A DNA stretch of 32,000 nt, from positions 3,986,497 to 4,018,496 of the forward strand of contig NC_003902.1 in assembly GCF_000007145.1 (NCBI RefSeq), in the 5' to 3' direction. This DNA is from Xanthomonas campestris pv. campestris str. ATCC 33913 (GTDB lineage: Bacteria; Pseudomonadota; Gammaproteobacteria; Xanthomonadales; Xanthomonadaceae). Both the position numbers and the translations under genes were made by a program. Position 1 is the stretch's first letter. Each line of letters opens with the position of its first letter. The notes beneath the pieces were generated by a model. It made no database searches and was not told the DNA's origin. It saw only the letters and a list, made by a program, of their open reading frames with translations. Below are positions 30,354 through 32,000 of the stretch, piece by piece.

Positions 30354-31630
30354 GCCGCGCCATGTTCCGCCGCCCGCGCCTGCGTGCGTTGTCCGCATTG
30401 GTGCTGGCTGCGCTGACATTGCCGGCAGTTGCGCAGCAGGTGCTGATTCGCGGCGCCACCGTGCATACCGCCACCAGCCAGGGCACGTTGCGCAATACCG
30501 ATGTCCTGGTGCAGGGTGGCGTGATTCGCGCCATCGGCACTGGCCTTGCCGTGCCCACCCACGGCCGCGTGGTCGAGGCCAAGGGCCGCCCGCTGACGCC
30601 GGCCCTGTTTGGCGGCATCACCGAGATCGGTATCGAAGAAGTGTCTGGCGAAGCCGCCACGGTGGACAGCGGCGTCAAGCTGACCGAGCAGCCGATGCGC
30701 CCGGAATTCGACGTCACCCTGGCCTACAACCCGGACTCGGTGCTGATCCCGGTGGCACGCGTGGAAGGCATCGGCTTCACCGCGCTCGGGGCGACCACCA
30801 GCGGCGCGTTCATCGCCGGCCAAGGCGGCATCGTGCGCCTGGATGGCGGCCCGGATCCGGTCGGCCCGCATGCCCTGTTCGTTCGTCTGGGTGCGGCCGC
30901 GTCGGACCTGACCGGCAGCTCGCGCGCCGCGCAGTGGATGCTGCTCGATCAACTGGTGGCCGAAGCACGCGGGCGCGTGCCGGCAGACTCGCCGCATGCC
31001 TTGCTGACCCCGGTTGGCCGCAGCGTGCTGGCCAACTATTTGGCCGGCCGGGGCCGCATCGTGGTGCAGGTGGAACGGGCTGCGGACATCCGCCAGCTGT
31101 TGCGTTGGGCGCAGCGCGAGAAGGTGCGCATTGCCATTGCCGGCGGCACCGAAGCGTGGAAGCTCGCCCCGCAGCTGGCGCAGGCCAAGGTGCCGGTGCT
31201 GGTGGATGCGTTGGCAGATCTGCCTTCCACCTTCGACCAGATCGGCGCCACGCTGGAAAACGCCGCACGCCTGCGCGCGGCCGGCGTGGAGGTGAGCTTC
31301 ACCCAGAGCGGCGATGCCTCGCACAACGCACGCAAGCTGCGTCAGCTGGCCGGTAATGCCGTGGCCAATGGCCTGCCATGGGAATCCGGCCTGGCCGGGC
31401 TGACCCGCGTGCCGGCGGAAATCTTTGGCGTGGGCGATCGCATCGGCAGCATTGCGGTGGGCAAGCAGGCCGACCTGGTGCTGTGGGACGGCGACCCGCT
31501 GGATGTGGCGCATTACGCCGAACAGGTCTGGATGGGCGGGCGCGACATGCCGATGCGCTCGCGCCAGACCGATCTGCGCGACCGCTATCTGCAGCAGGCC
31601 GGCCCGTTGCCACGCGCCTACCAACGCTGA
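30350..31630 (+). CDS. Secreted amidohydrolase-family paralogue lacking the canonical metal-binding histidines (putative pseudoenzyme subunit)
   Basis: ORF 29927..31630 trimmed to ATG 30350, overlapping the upstream stop by 4 nt (ATGA). Signal peptide MSRAMFRRPRLRALSALVLAALTLPAVA/QQ. It is colinear with the upstream paralogue (VLIRGATVHT..., GKQADLVLWDGDPL), but HxH is replaced by TEI (30620-30628) and later His positions by VQV, GG and Q. Confidence 0.9.
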   Translation: MSRAMFRRPRLRALSALVLAALTLPAVAQQVLIRGATVHTATSQGTLRNTDVLVQGGVIRAIGTGLAVPTHGRVVEAKGRPLTPALFGGITEIGIEEVSGEAATVDSGVKLTEQPMRPEFDVTLAYNPDSVLIPVARVEGIGFTALGATTSGAFIAGQGGIVRLDGGPDPVGPHALFVRLGAAASDLTGSSRAAQWMLLDQLVAEARGRVPADSPHALLTPVGRSVLANYLAGRGRIVVQVERAADIRQLLRWAQREKVRIAIAGGTEAWKLAPQLAQAKVPVLVDALADLPSTFDQIGATLENAARLRAAGVEVSFTQSGDASHNARKLRQLAGNAVANGLPWESGLAGLTRVPAEIFGVGDRIGSIAVGKQADLVLWDGDPLDVAHYAEQVWMGGRDMPMRSRQTDLRDRYLQQAGPLPRAYQR

Positions 31631-31633
31631 GCT

Positions 31634-31652
31634 GCGCGGCGCGGCGCCGCGC
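31634..31652 (+). terminator. GC-only palindrome/hairpin after the second amidohydrolase (possible terminator, no U-tract)
   Basis: GCGCGGCGC-G-GCGCCGCGC (9-bp arms) begins 4 nt after the stop at 31628-31630. A related hairpin, GCGCCGC-ATC-GCGGCGC, lies at 31691-31707. Confidence 0.25.
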
Positions 31653-31794
31653 ACGGCTGCGTCGCTGACAGTGGTCGCAGCACGCTGTAAGCGCCGCATC
31701 GCGGCGCCGCGCAGTGCAACACACTGCAAGCATCGCAATGCACTCCACCGTCGCAGGCAGCACGCCTGCGACACCTCATCGCAAATGACTGCCC

Positions 31795-32000
31795 ATGCGC
31801 CTGATGCGCACACTGCTGTTGTCGTTGTTGCTGCTGCCGCTGCTGGCCGGCGCCCAATCCGGCTGGATCGATACGCAAGGCCAACCGATTCCCAACTCCT
31901 CTAGCCGCAAGGCGGTGCAGGACCTGGGCGCCAGCCTGCTGCTGACCCCCGATGCGGACTGGCAGCAAAAATGGAATACGCCCAGCGACACCACGCCGCA
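31795..32000 (+). CDS. 5' end of a secreted hypothetical protein (runs off the window; absent from the ORF track because no stop is reached)
   Basis: ATG 31795 opens a frame with no stop to nt 32000: MRLMRTLLLSLLLLPLLAGA/QSGWIDTQGQPIPNSSSRKAVQDLGASLLLTPDADWQQKWNTPSDTTP. It has a clear signal peptide. No obvious SD; ATG 31804 is an alternative. Confidence 0.5.
   Translation, partial: MRLMRTLLLSLLLLPLLAGAQSGWIDTQGQPIPNSSSRKAVQDLGASLLLTPDADWQQKWNTPSDTTP

Overview
High-GC (about 65-70% by hand counts) chromosomal segment with a gene content and repeat flora typical of a Xanthomonas-type (Xanthomonadaceae) core genome. I support about 27 protein genes. I saw no rRNA, tRNA, CRISPR array, transposase or integrase. 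Left to right: the 3' part of a PAS/hybrid histidine kinase, a small lipoprotein-like ORF and a convergent NarL-type regulator. Next is a TctD/TctE-like two-component operon carrying an embedded periplasmic binding protein, divergent from an OprO/P-family porin and a CitMHS citrate carrier. Then a PhaB-like SDR whose catalytic Tyr and cofactor glycines are substituted. Then the sucrose utilisation (sux) locus suxR / suxC / suxA-suxB with two LacI-type palindromic operators. Then an rsgA - DUF1704(QEGLA) - DJ-1/PfpI gene string and a roughly 0.6 kb low-GC islet encoding an orphan polytopic membrane protein. Then an AlaA-like aminotransferase, SGNH hydrolase and methyltransferase, followed by a polysaccharide deacetylase. 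Then a three-domain glutaredoxin(CGFS) / Cys-less IscA-like / rhodanese fusion, a secreted hypothetical protein and a DUF924 protein. Last are two translationally coupled secreted amidohydrolase paralogues, the second lacking all recognisable metal ligands, and the 5' end of another secreted protein. Non-coding highlights are GGGAATC-family repeats at three sites: two long inverted-repeat hairpin elements and one perfect 19-unit heptamer array with G-quadruplex potential between convergent suxR and suxC. There is also a degenerate 100-bp tandem repeat and several GC-rich hairpins. The ORF track holds many long spurious ORFs caused by high GC, and several real genes had to be trimmed at the 5' end. 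All family assignments come from motifs read in the translations and from memory. No database search was run.
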